Source: a virus. Taken from it: a stretch of DNA of 64,000 bases. Positions 9,564 through 19,900 of this stretch are shown one piece after another (position 1 is the first letter of the stretch; each line of letters opens with the position of its first letter). The stretch is taken from the IMG/VR virus record IMGVR_UViG_3300032257_000004, positions 27,317 to 91,316 of that record; one strand, written 5' to 3'. A program made the position numbers and the translations under genes. Below the pieces are notes generated by a model, which saw only the letters and a program-made list of their open reading frames with translations, did no database searches and was not told the DNA's origin.

Positions 9564-10090
9564 ACGACAATAAATGGATGACCCGAGCCTACATTGCGGC
9601 TTCGATGTCGATGGACTCTCGGACTAAGATTGGGTGTGTTTTCGTCCATAAATGGCACGGAGATTTGAATTTCGTGTCGGCCAACAGGCCACCGGCTAAT
9701 TCTCGGCCCGCTAGTTACGAGGGAACGAGCCTCACTAAACATGACTATATGGAACATGCTGAGAGGCTCGCCATCTACGACATATTCCGAAATGCGATAG
9801 ACGAGGGAGCCGAATCCCTGGACTTCTCGGATTACACGGTGTACGTAAACGAAACTCCCTGCTCCGATTGCATGAGGGCGATGGTGGAGGTAGGTATTCG
9901 AGATGTCCGGATTTGCGATCGATGGTTCAACCATTGTCGAACTCACGGTCCCGATCCGAACGACAAATATGAAAAGTCGGCCACTATAATGACTATGGCC
10001 GGGGGTATGGTCACTCGCGGAGCGTTCGAACTAGAAGAGGCCGTTGTTGCTAGACGGGACGACTTAAATTTCAACCCCATGGATTACTGA
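9560..10090 (+). CDS. dCMP deaminase family protein
   Basis: HAE...PCSDC zinc motifs. Confidence 0.85.
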   Translation: MNDNKWMTRAYIAASMSMDSRTKIGCVFVHKWHGDLNFVSANRPPANSRPASYEGTSLTKHDYMEHAERLAIYDIFRNAIDEGAESLDFSDYTVYVNETPCSDCMRAMVEVGIRDVRICDRWFNHCRTHGPDPNDKYEKSATIMTMAGGMVTRGAFELEEAVVARRDDLNFNPMDY

Positions 10091-10734
10091 TGTATATATT
10101 CTATGATACTGAGACGACAGGGCTTGTGAACCACAAGCAACCGGCGCACCATCCGGACCAACCGCACATTGTTCAAATGGGCGCGATTTTAACTGACTCT
10201 CAGTTCCGAGAACAGGCGCGGTTGAATTGTGTTGTTCGCCCAGACGGGTGGGAAGTGCCGCCCTCGGTCACTGAAACCCACGGTATCTCGATCGAAGAGG
10301 CCGTAGAGCAGGGAATCAGGCTCGCGGCCTGCGATATCCACGGGATTACTCAGGACATCGCAATGGATAAGGGTATACCCCTAATTTTGGCAATGGGCCT
10401 GTTCAACGAAATGTGCGGTTTGGCGGACGTGGCCGTCGCCCACAACGTGGATTTCGACAAAAAGATGGTGGAGTGCGAATACCACCGGCTGGAGTGGGGC
10501 TTTTATTATCCCCCGGTCTCGGTCTGCACGATGAAATCCACCACTGACCTGTGCAAGCTGCCCGGAAGGTTTAGTAACTACAAGTGGCCTAAGTTGCAGG
10601 AACTACACGAATTTCTTTTTGGTGAAGGGTTCGCTGACGCTCACGACGCTATGGTGGATATCGAAGCCACCATCCGGTGTTACATCGAATTGAAAAAACG
10701 GGGCCACGACGAATGGCACGTGGTCAACACGTAG
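10090..10734 (+). CDS. DEDDh 3'-5' exonuclease (DnaQ-like)
   Basis: YDTETTG, AHNVDFD, AHDAMVD motifs. Confidence 0.9.
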   Translation: MYIFYDTETTGLVNHKQPAHHPDQPHIVQMGAILTDSQFREQARLNCVVRPDGWEVPPSVTETHGISIEEAVEQGIRLAACDIHGITQDIAMDKGIPLILAMGLFNEMCGLADVAVAHNVDFDKKMVECEYHRLEWGFYYPPVSVCTMKSTTDLCKLPGRFSNYKWPKLQELHEFLFGEGFADAHDAMVDIEATIRCYIELKKRGHDEWHVVNT

Positions 10735-10763
10735 TTGACTGTCACGCAGCCCCATGGTACTAT
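10735..10763 (+). promoter_or_regulatory. sigma70-type promoter with GCAGCCCC spacer box
   Basis: TTGACT-17 nt-TACTAT. Confidence 0.7.
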
Positions 10764-10782
10764 ATAGTCAGGAGGACTAAGT

Positions 10783-11232
10783 ATGAGTAAAACCAAAGAT
10801 GTCGAGTGGAACGACACGCACGAACTGGTTGGAAAGAGTGTGTATACCAATCGTCTGCCCGGAAAGATCGTGTCGGTCGACGAGGAAAACGGCAAATACA
10901 AGGTAGAGCAGACGGACGGAAAGGTCAGAATTCTGTCCGAGGGGTCGTTTTCGTTTACGGCCCGAGTTCTGGACTACAGGTACGAAAAAATCGACGGCAA
11001 AATGATTCGGGACGGTCGCCCATCTCGCGGCGTGAACGATGCGATCGGTCGCGCACTGGACGGGGACGAAATCGCTTTGGAGCAGGTCTGCGACGAAAAC
11101 GGTATTGATTTCGGGAAGTACTCCCACCTCAACCCCGGCATGAAACGTATGGCGGTCGGCAACATTCTTAGGGCTCGAATCAAACGCGGCGAGCGAGTAA
11201 CAGTCTTTGAAGAGGAAATAACTGATGACTGA
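10783..11232 (+). CDS. hypothetical protein; C-terminal domain paralogous to 60181-60678
   Basis: HLNPGMKRMAVGNILRARIKRGE versus HLNVGMQRMNLGNVLRAMVKRGE; AGGAGG RBS. Confidence 0.75.
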   Translation: MSKTKDVEWNDTHELVGKSVYTNRLPGKIVSVDEENGKYKVEQTDGKVRILSEGSFSFTARVLDYRYEKIDGKMIRDGRPSRGVNDAIGRALDGDEIALEQVCDENGIDFGKYSHLNPGMKRMAVGNILRARIKRGERVTVFEEEITDD

Positions 11233-11464
11233 GGCGATAGAATTTCTTAAGGCGTTCGGGATGTGGTATGCAGCCAACGTCGTTCTGTTTGCGCTCCTGA
11301 TTTTGGGTTTCATGTCCTATCAGAAGTTCAAAACCATGAATCGCGGAAATTTTGACGGATTCTGGGGTCCGTTGGTGTTTCTCATTTATTTACTTGTAGT
11401 TTTGGTGTTTTCAGTTTTGTGGCCCTACAGCCTATTCCAAATAGCTAAAAACGCCAAGGACTAA
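11225..11464 (+). CDS. small membrane protein (2 TM)
   Basis: Two hydrophobic segments; GAGG RBS. Confidence 0.6.
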   Translation: MTEAIEFLKAFGMWYAANVVLFALLILGFMSYQKFKTMNRGNFDGFWGPLVFLIYLLVVLVFSVLWPYSLFQIAKNAKD

Positions 11465-11499
11465 GGGGGCTGCACAAACCCCATCTCACTGATATACGA

Positions 11500-11859
11500 C
11501 TATTTTTGGTCGTCACTCTCAGCCCCTAGGGCCTCAGTGGTCAATCGGAATGCTTCGAGTATACCGACTACCTCTCCGAGACGCCCCGAGCAGTTTGAAT
11601 ACTGCTCCTCATAATCAGTCATCATATCCGACAAACCGCCCCGGTTGACTTCGTGTTCGAACAACTCCTCCTGAGTCAGGAACGGGTGTTCGATTCCGTC
11701 GCACTGGGACAGACGGTCCGGGATTTCTGGCACCAAAAATCTAACTTCAGTCACTAAAGTCGGAGGTTCGTTGGATTGGAGGAAGTCCCCTAATCCGGCG
11801 CAACTCGTTAATGGTATCCAGCAAAACGCCGTTAACAGGAGTGTCGTAGTCTTCCGCAT
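11500..11859 (-). CDS. o-spanin (Rz1-like lipoprotein)
   Basis: Signal peptide with LTSC lipobox; overlaps the 3' end of the i-spanin. Confidence 0.7.
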   Translation of the reverse strand: MRKTTTLLLTAFCWIPLTSCAGLGDFLQSNEPPTLVTEVRFLVPEIPDRLSQCDGIEHPFLTQEELFEHEVNRGGLSDMMTDYEEQYSNCSGRLGEVVGILEAFRLTTEALGAESDDQK

Positions 11860-12193
11860 CTCTAAGTCCTTCATCTATTAGATCGAATTCACTGGCCCGA
11901 TTTCTTTCGCGGAGCGCAGTTCTTTGGACGGATTCCAGTATGATATCTCGCCTCTCCAGTTCTCGATCGAATTCGTTAAGGTTTTGTTCGTTCAGGGACG
12001 ACAACTGGGAAACCTGTCCTCTCAGCAAATTGGACAGTTCCTGTTCTTTTTCGAGATCGGCCTGAACCCGTTGGTAGTCTCTCCACGTCAAAACTAGCCA
12101 GCCGATTATAAGGGTTCCGGCCCCTATAAGGGCGTATCGAACCACTGCTCCGACTACGGACTCACCCGCTAGTTTTGTTAGAAACGACATCAT
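11747..12193 (-). CDS. i-spanin (Rz-like)
   Basis: N-terminal TM followed by coiled coil, within the lysis cassette. Confidence 0.7.
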   Translation of the reverse strand: MMSFLTKLAGESVVGAVVRYALIGAGTLIIGWLVLTWRDYQRVQADLEKEQELSNLLRGQVSQLSSLNEQNLNEFDRELERRDIILESVQRTALRERNRASEFDLIDEGLRDAEDYDTPVNGVLLDTINELRRIRGLPPIQRTSDFSD

Positions 12194-12434
12194 ATTCTGA
12201 ACCGGCCCCGTTGCCCCTGCGCTGTCGGCGGTGTACGTAGTTACCGACAGCCACTAGCTGTGCCCCGGCTACCCCTATAAGGGTCGTGGCGTCCTCGCCT
12301 CTCCAGACCGCACCGACGACGGCGAGAGACGTAGCCCACATCATGACCTTAGATATACTAAGGACGTGTGTACCGGGCTCCATTATATTGATAAAGGAGA
12401 GAAAGTTGAAAAACTTAACCCAAAAGGTGGCCAA
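12162..12434 (-). CDS. putative holin
   Basis: 90 aa, two hydrophobic segments, basic C-terminal region, between endolysin and spanins. Confidence 0.55.
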   Translation of the reverse strand: MATFWVKFFNFLSFINIMEPGTHVLSISKVMMWATSLAVVGAVWRGEDATTLIGVAGAQLVAVGNYVHRRQRRGNGAGSEYDVVSNKTSG

Positions 12435-12987
12435 AGTAGTTCTCCATTTCGCTATCCACGTCGCGAAGAGTTTTACCGTCTTTGGTTGGCGACCCTTTTT
12501 GGCTGAGTTGGATGTGTGGCCAATCCCCGAATTCGGAACCTAGTCCACGCATCCCCATGGATTCGGCCACGGCTTCCATAACTCGGTACGCGTTGTGGTC
12601 GTATCCGTACTTTTTGGTGGAAGACCATGCGGCGACACCGGGTCGAACTTCCCAGAACGAATCTACGGCTTCACCCCACTGGTGCCAAGAGAGGCCCGGA
12701 ATGGCGTAAGTTACGTGGGATTTTCGACCGTTGGAGGATTGAGGCCCCACGAATTCGACACAATCAGCTAGAAAGTTGCAGTCCTTTTTACGAAGTTCTG
12801 AAACTTTTCGCTTCACGACAGCGGAGGATCGCGTCGAACGCCACTCTCTCGCTTGTTGCAGTGGATCGCGAAGTGTGCAGTACGGCACGACAACCAAACC
12901 GTAGTCATCCTTGATTTTTTCTTTCATTTCCAGATATTTGTCGCGAAATTCTGGAACCAGTAGATTAAGGTCTCGTGAACAACTCAT
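12415..12987 (-). CDS. endolysin, peptidase M15 family
   Basis: TLRD..QQ, SWHQWGEAVD, DWPHIQ zinc-peptidase motifs. Confidence 0.85.
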   Translation of the reverse strand: MSCSRDLNLLVPEFRDKYLEMKEKIKDDYGLVVVPYCTLRDPLQQAREWRSTRSSAVVKRKVSELRKKDCNFLADCVEFVGPQSSNGRKSHVTYAIPGLSWHQWGEAVDSFWEVRPGVAAWSSTKKYGYDHNAYRVMEAVAESMGMRGLGSEFGDWPHIQLSQKGSPTKDGKTLRDVDSEMENYFGHLLG

Positions 12988-13595
12988 TATCCCACACTCT
13001 TCCATGCTCCGGACCCAGTTTTAATCACCCGAACCAATGTTGATGGGGTAATAGTCGAGCCCCCGTCGATCGTCTCGGAGGCGTTGGGGTCCACGGTTAC
13101 GGTTTGACCGTTTGGGTCAAGCCAGAATGACCAGCCGTCCTCTAGCCCTGAAGTCGCTGGAAGGGCGATGGTGCAAGTGCCGGTCGCTTTAATAACTTTG
13201 CCCCTGTCCCCCACCACCATGGTTTCAGTCCCGGAGGAAACTTCTTCATAGGGAGGAGACAGAGCCTGCTTGAACAAAGATTCGATATCAGCTATTGCTC
13301 TCTTTAGAATGGTGGCAGTGTCGATATCGCCCTGTTCTGGGTACGGAATGGCATAGATTGAGGTGAAGGATGTAGAAATGGCGTACAGCTGGCTGGAAGC
13401 AGTTACCCCGGCGTAGTTGGCCGTGAGCGTTATCTGAGTGTCCGAATCCACGGAGCCAACAACATAGTAAATCCCGGAATTCTTAACCGAGAATACATCC
13501 CCTGCAGTGGCCTTGGTTGACCACGAAGTTCCGCTGCCGGTTACGACAGCGGACCCATTCGTTACAGTGACTGTTCCTGCAGTGTACTGGGACAT
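12987..13595 (-). CDS. tail fibre-associated protein
   Basis: YTAGTVTVTNGSAVVTGSGTSW N-terminus typical of tail fibre/spike anchors. Confidence 0.6.
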   Translation of the reverse strand: MSQYTAGTVTVTNGSAVVTGSGTSWSTKATAGDVFSVKNSGIYYVVGSVDSDTQITLTANYAGVTASSQLYAISTSFTSIYAIPYPEQGDIDTATILKRAIADIESLFKQALSPPYEEVSSGTETMVVGDRGKVIKATGTCTIALPATSGLEDGWSFWLDPNGQTVTVDPNASETIDGGSTITPSTLVRVIKTGSGAWKSVG

Positions 13596-13921
13596 TACTG
13601 TTTCGTTTCACCTTCACCGGATTTGAAAGCCGCGATTTCGGAGGCTTGTTGAGCCACCGTATTGCGGAGAGTTTCCATTTCCGCTTTGAGTTGTTCGGCG
13701 TGGGCCGAAACCATCGCGGCGCGATTGTTGGCTTCGTCGCGCTGGTTTTGCAGCGATGCCATAATGTACTGGGGTTCGATGTTGACCTGACCCGGCTGTC
13801 CCTGTTGTTGGCCCTGTTGTTGGCCCTGCATCGGAACCGCTTGAGGCGGAATCGCAGTGTCGGATCGTGCGGGTGCAGGTTGGGGTTTGGCCGCTTGGGC
13901 TCTAGCGTTGTTCTTAGCCAT
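13595..13921 (-). CDS. hypothetical Q-rich coiled-coil protein
   Basis: 108 aa; GGAG RBS. Confidence 0.6.
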   Translation of the reverse strand: MAKNNARAQAAKPQPAPARSDTAIPPQAVPMQGQQQGQQQGQPGQVNIEPQYIMASLQNQRDEANNRAAMVSAHAEQLKAEMETLRNTVAQQASEIAAFKSGEGETKQ

Positions 13922-13979
13922 TGAGTTTCTCCATTTTGGCTTGTCTCTAAACGAACCTATCTTATCACATTTGAGGTCT

Positions 13980-16900
13980 TTAGTCTAGACCCACTGCCTT
14001 TTTAATCATTGCGATTTGCGCCTTCAGTTGGTCGACTTCGGATTTCAGGTCTTGTATTTCGTCGTCCTTCTCCTGAATAGCCTTCACCATCGGGGCTATT
14101 AAGCCCTTGTAGTTCATCGTCATGTAGTCGTCGGGTTCGGTCGGATTTTGGACCAACCAAGGCCCGACTTTCTCGATTTCCTGCGCGACGAATCCCTCTT
14201 CGTAGGATTGGGTCAGGAAGTTGAAGTATTTCCGAGGATTTAGACTCCGGATGAAGTCCATTCCATTGGTGATGTCTTCAATGTTGCCCTTGACGCGACG
14301 GTCCGAAGTCTCATTGACCGTACCGGTGACGGTAATACCGCTGGTGGTTGTCTGGAACTTCTTCAGGTTATTGAAGTAGAGGAGTACATCACTGTTGCCA
14401 CTGTTCTCGCGCATAAGGATGCAAAGATCGGTTTCGTTACCGATGGTGCATTGTGAGTTGTTTTGCGCCCAAAGCCAGTCACTTTGCCCGCTTTCCCCCT
14501 CAAGGATGATGGAACCACCTGTACTACCAACGGGCAAGGCTGTGATGCCAGATGTGGACAGCAACATAACGTCTGTGCTGTTACATGTAGCTGTAATCTG
14601 ATGGGCCGTGGCAAGGTTGAAACCCGTAGCATTATTGACTGCTGCCCAAAGGTAGTCAGATATTACGTATTTACCAGTAGGTATGATTAAGCCACTGGTG
14701 TTGATTGTTGCTCGCACAGTAGCTGTTTGGTTGTCAGCGGTAGTCGTATCAACAGAGCAGAACTCAAAACCACCAGCCAAATTACCTCTAAGCACTGACC
14801 CTTTGAGGCCGAAGGTGCGGTAGCTACTGGCAGTCGATGTCCCGTGGCCCGCGCTGAACCCGATAAAAGGCCTGCCCGTGCCGCTCTCATATCCGAGGAC
14901 TGAGCCATATCCTGCGGTGTTGCCGTGACCCCATTCGAAGGCGTCTCCTGCGCTCGCTCCTCGTGCTGTCAGGAGCGCGCCATACTGGCCCACCGTGGTG
15001 CCGATACGAGCCCCTCCATCGACAGTCAAATCCGTCGAGAACGTGCTGGTCGTCGAGTTGATCGTGAGGCGGGTGGCACCGTTTTGGCGAAGGTAAATTG
15101 TCGCCGCCCCGGTGCCGCCCATATACAGCGCACTAGAGGCATTAGATTGCATATACGCGGAGCCTGATTGGTAGGCGATATGCTGGATATAGATCGAGCC
15201 ACCATAAATGATAGCTTGACCAGCCCCTCCTGTCGCGGCGTTCTGGACAAGAACCTGAGTGGTGCCAGCGTAATCCCGGCGAACCGTCAAAGCGGATGGT
15301 TGCCACATCCCAATTTCAACATCATCGACACGGTGGACTTGTATGTCAGGTGCAACATCAAAGCGGTCAGTGTGATCGCCGTTATTTGCGAGGATGCGAA
15401 CGCCATTTTGCCCGGTCAGGTAGGTCGTTGTGTCAGCAAGCGTCGAATCGAAGACGAGGCGATAAACGCCTCCGGTTGTCATCAAGCCGGTGTAGGACGC
15501 ACCATATTCACCGACCTGCATCGAGCGATTTGCGCCACCAATAACCGCACCATTGCTGGCAGAGGTGATATTCGCCACAGCGTTATCACCAGAGAATATC
15601 TGGACAGGACCAGCCGTGAGTGCCTGCCAAGCAATTTTCGTCGTGGTGGCGTTGACGAGGGAGAGCAGGTTCGAGCCAGAGCCTTGTGCAGCCAGCGTCC
15701 AATCATCTTGAGACGTGAAGCCTTGAATTGAGAGCTTGCCACCGAGCGAGCCCGTTCGCATGAGTTTGAGCGCATCGGCTACGGTTTGGGCAACGGTTGT
15801 AGACTGGTATTTCAAGTAGGCGCGGTTCGCATCGACAGTGAAGTTGATGTAGCCACCTGTCACCAGATCAATAATGTCCGCGCCGCCCCAGCGAAGATAG
15901 GTGTTACTGTCGGAAGACCAGTTGGGGTAAATTGCAGCATTGGCGGCATCTAATACAATGCCATCTGTGTCGTCGCCGCGCCTATAATAGAACAGTCCGT
16001 TGGGGGCTTTGAAGTAAGTTTGACCTCCCGAAATATAGTAGGTTCTGTCAGCACCGTTCGTGTCGGTGTGCCAAATGGTGTGGTCGATGGATGTGGAGCC
16101 GTTGATTTTTACCCGCGCGAAGGTGTTAAAGATTGCTTCACCAGCACCACCATTCCCGCCGTTAAATTCAATACCCCCCGGATTGGTCCCGGTACTGATG
16201 CCGCGTAGGACTACAGTTGAACTTGTTTCCGTCCATCCACTACCGCCAGAAAGAACAAGATAACCGTCATTGACTGTCCGTTTGATATAAGGATCGGCGT
16301 TGGACATGCGGATATGACCTTCAAACAAAAAGTCTCCGCCACCCGTGAACGTGAAGTATTTATTGGAGCCAGATGCGCCGGTTCTGACAACAAAATCATT
16401 TGGCGATCCTTCGTAAAGATAGATGTCCGTGTCGGCACCTATGCTAAGGCCCGCAAATCGAGAATTACTATTTGTATTGATTAAGGCACCCGTCATCGTT
16501 CCGCCAGCGAGGGGCAGATAATTACCGGGAGTGAAGTTGCCTTCGTGGAAAATCTTGTAGCTGGTGGTCCCCATAGACCAACCACCGACGACGAAATCAT
16601 TCCTAGACCCGTCAAGTCCGAAATACGCTGCGTAGTTGCCTGCTACGTGGAAGCACATCAACGCGTCTGTACCAGAGGTGGGCTGATAGATTTGTAACTG
16701 TGTGGCTATTTGACCCGTTGCGGCCTCTATAGTCTGGCCTGTTGTGGTGTAAAACAGACTTATACCAGAAGTAGCGTTCAACGCGCCCGTCAGCGTTCCG
16801 CCTGCGAGAGGCAGATAATTACCGGGGGTGAAGTTGCCAGCATGCCAAACTAGGTTTGTGGCGTTGGCGTAGATTTCGCTCTTCGCGCGGAGAACGCCCG

Positions 16901-19900
16901 AACTGCCACTCAAAGACATAAGGGTAGTGTCCCCACCGTTTTCCCATATAAAGCCCTGACTGTTGTTGTTAGCAACACGGAAGCGAATATGGTGGTAGGT
17001 CTGCCCATCAAGCGACGTTGGGGCGTAGCCACCGTTGAGTGCCTTTCCGCTGCCTGATTGGGCCATGTAAATGCCCCAATTAGTGTCGGCACTTGTCCAC
17101 ATAAACAGGCCGCGTGTGCTGCCTCCATCTGTACCGTTCTGAACAACAATTTTAGCACCTGCGCTCGCAGTCAGCACTCCCGTCATCGTTCCGCCAGTGA
17201 GGGGCAAGTAATTACCGGGAGTGAAGTTGCCACTGTGCCACAGCGTGTTCCATGTTGGAGTTACGGTCGCACCGGCTGTTGTCGCTCCGCTGAAAGTGGC
17301 AACTTGCGCGTTCCCATATCCAAAGCGAAGCGCACCGTATCCTACCGAAGCGTGTGTAAGACTGGTACGGTAGGATACCGCAGCCCCGTCCCAATTAGCA
17401 TAGAGATTACCTCCGAATACGCCGTAACCCCCGGCATCGGACGACATATCAGCCCAAATCATCCCCAGCATTCGGGAATTGAGGTGGTTGGCCACATTGA
17501 TCTGGCCGTTGCAGGTTACATTACTATCAAAGGTCCATGCGCCGTAACCAACCACACCGGCAGAGTTCGCCGCGATACGGACAGAGTTGCCGCCATAAAG
17601 ATAAGTGGTCTGAATATCGTCATCGAACATCAAGTAAGATGCGCCGGAACCGAGTAAGTTTGTGAAAGCCAACTGGTTAGCTGGGTCTGGCTGGGCTACA
17701 ATTGTCCAATCAGTGTTCGTTCCGTGACCCTCAAAGCGGATTTTACCACCGACCGAGGCTGTTTCCATAAGCTGTAAACGATCACTGTACGTTTGGGCAA
17801 TTACGTTCCCTTGGTATTGAAGGTAGACACGGTTCGCATCTATGGAGAGATTGACGTTGCCGCCCGCAATCCATCGTTGAGCGTCTGCAACATGTCGTTC
17901 CCAATATGTGTTGCTGTCCGCACCACTAGGATAAATGCGGAAATTGGCAGGATCGAGCCTGATATGGTCGGCAGTTCCATCATGGGCGTAGAACTCATGC
18001 CCCGCGCCAGAGGCCGCACCAGCGTACAGGTTGTCTCCGTTTAGAACAAACTGTAACCGCCCATCGGTATCATCGTCAGTGTGCCAAGTGCTTGTCCCCA
18101 TGCCGACAATGCGGTTGCCGTTAAGATCAAAGTCAGACCGGAGGGTGACAATGGCATCAGCCGTGCCGAGGTATAAGAGCCCCGCCGAATGATCACGCCA
18201 GATGATATTGGTTACGCCATCTGTGCTATCCCAAACACAGAAGTCCTGATCGTTCACCTGTATGTAGACACCGCCGCCATCGCCCGACAGACCGTTGGAG
18301 GTCCCTCCGTCCACGACAAGTCGTCCGGTCAGCGTCCCGCCAGTGAGCGGAAGGAATGGCCCGCCTGTCGTATAGCCTTGGCTGGACACCCACGTTTGGG
18401 TCGCTACAGAAGCGCCACCAATTTGCAGGTTAGTCGTGGCGTTCCACGTACCTGTCAACGTACCACCGGCAGAAGTCGTCTCGGCGCGAATACCACCGTC
18501 ATAATAGATCGCGGTTGATCCGTTTTTGTTAGCTGCCAGATAGTTCTTGGCCGTGATAATGTCTTGAAGGACAAACTGATCGGCACCGATTGGTGAGACC
18601 AAGCCCCATGTTCGTGTACCCGACTGGTTCTCAAGAATGATGCGAGCCCCATACGTACCAATGCTATTAACCGTGGTGCCATCAATCGCAGTAATCAGCC
18701 GATCAACGCCTGCATAACGCGCACGAACCACGTTGGCGTTGATAATCATGTTTTCTACAGTGCCAGCGTAGAAGTTTATTGTGTCGTCTGCTGACGAATA
18801 GATATAGGTGTCGTTGTCGGCATCGAGGTCGATACGCTGACCATCCATATCCAGAACACCAGACATGATCCCACCCGCGAGGGGAAGGTAGGAGTGAGTG
18901 TGTCCGGTGTCAGACTTACCATCAAGCGCCGTTTGTAGGCCGGTCACATTAGCGATGGTGTGCGTATGGGAGGATGCAGCTTTGCCGTCCAGCGCGGTCT
19001 GTAGCCCTGTTACGTCAGAGATCGCGTGGGCGTGACCTGCGAGGGAGACAGCAGTACCCCCAACAGTCAGGGCTGTAGTAGCGTTCCACGTTCCAGTCAG
19101 CGTACCACCGGCAGAAGTCGTGGATAGCTTAATAGCTGTGTCATAGAAAAGATCGACGCCGCCGCCCTGATAGAAATTCGCCATCGTTTCGATAGCGGAG
19201 CCGTCATAGCTTTGAATAGCGATCTGACCGTTAGCCGCGTGATTTAGATAACCTACATAGGCACCGCTTGGGCCTTGCAACTGTATCTGTGCGCCCGCTC
19301 CACTAATTCTGGCGGCGTAGATAGACGAATTTACAAACTGCGTGAGTGATGCACCGAACTTGATGCGATTAGCGCCGCTGTACTGAAGCGAACTGGTCGA
19401 AGTCAGGTTGACTGTCGGTGCGACCAGCGTCCCTGTCATAGTATCGCCAGCAAGAGCAACCTTACCGTCCAATGCGGTTTGGAGCCCCGTTACATTTGCA
19501 ATGGTGTGAGTGTGGCCCGCAACAGAAACAGCCGTACCACCCACGGTAAGGGAGGACGTGACGTTCCACGCGCCTGTGAGTGTCCCGCCTGCATCTGTCC
19601 ATGTTAGAGCAGTGCCGCCGTCCGCAATCAATCGGCCTTGGGTATCGCTGTCACGAACAGCGAAGATGCCGGGTCCGAGTTGCAGATTATCTTCGTACAG
19701 TTGCGAAGATGTGCCGCGAACCACAAACGAAGTCAGAGCCTCCAATCCACCGCTATGCGTAGCTGCTACATCCACGTTGTTATAGTAAAGATTAACCGAA
19801 CTACTTCTGTTCGCAATTATGTGGTAGTCGAATTCAAAATCTACATCGCCCGCGTCGTAACTTTGGACGGCGAACTGACCATTGTTAGAGTGACGTAGGT

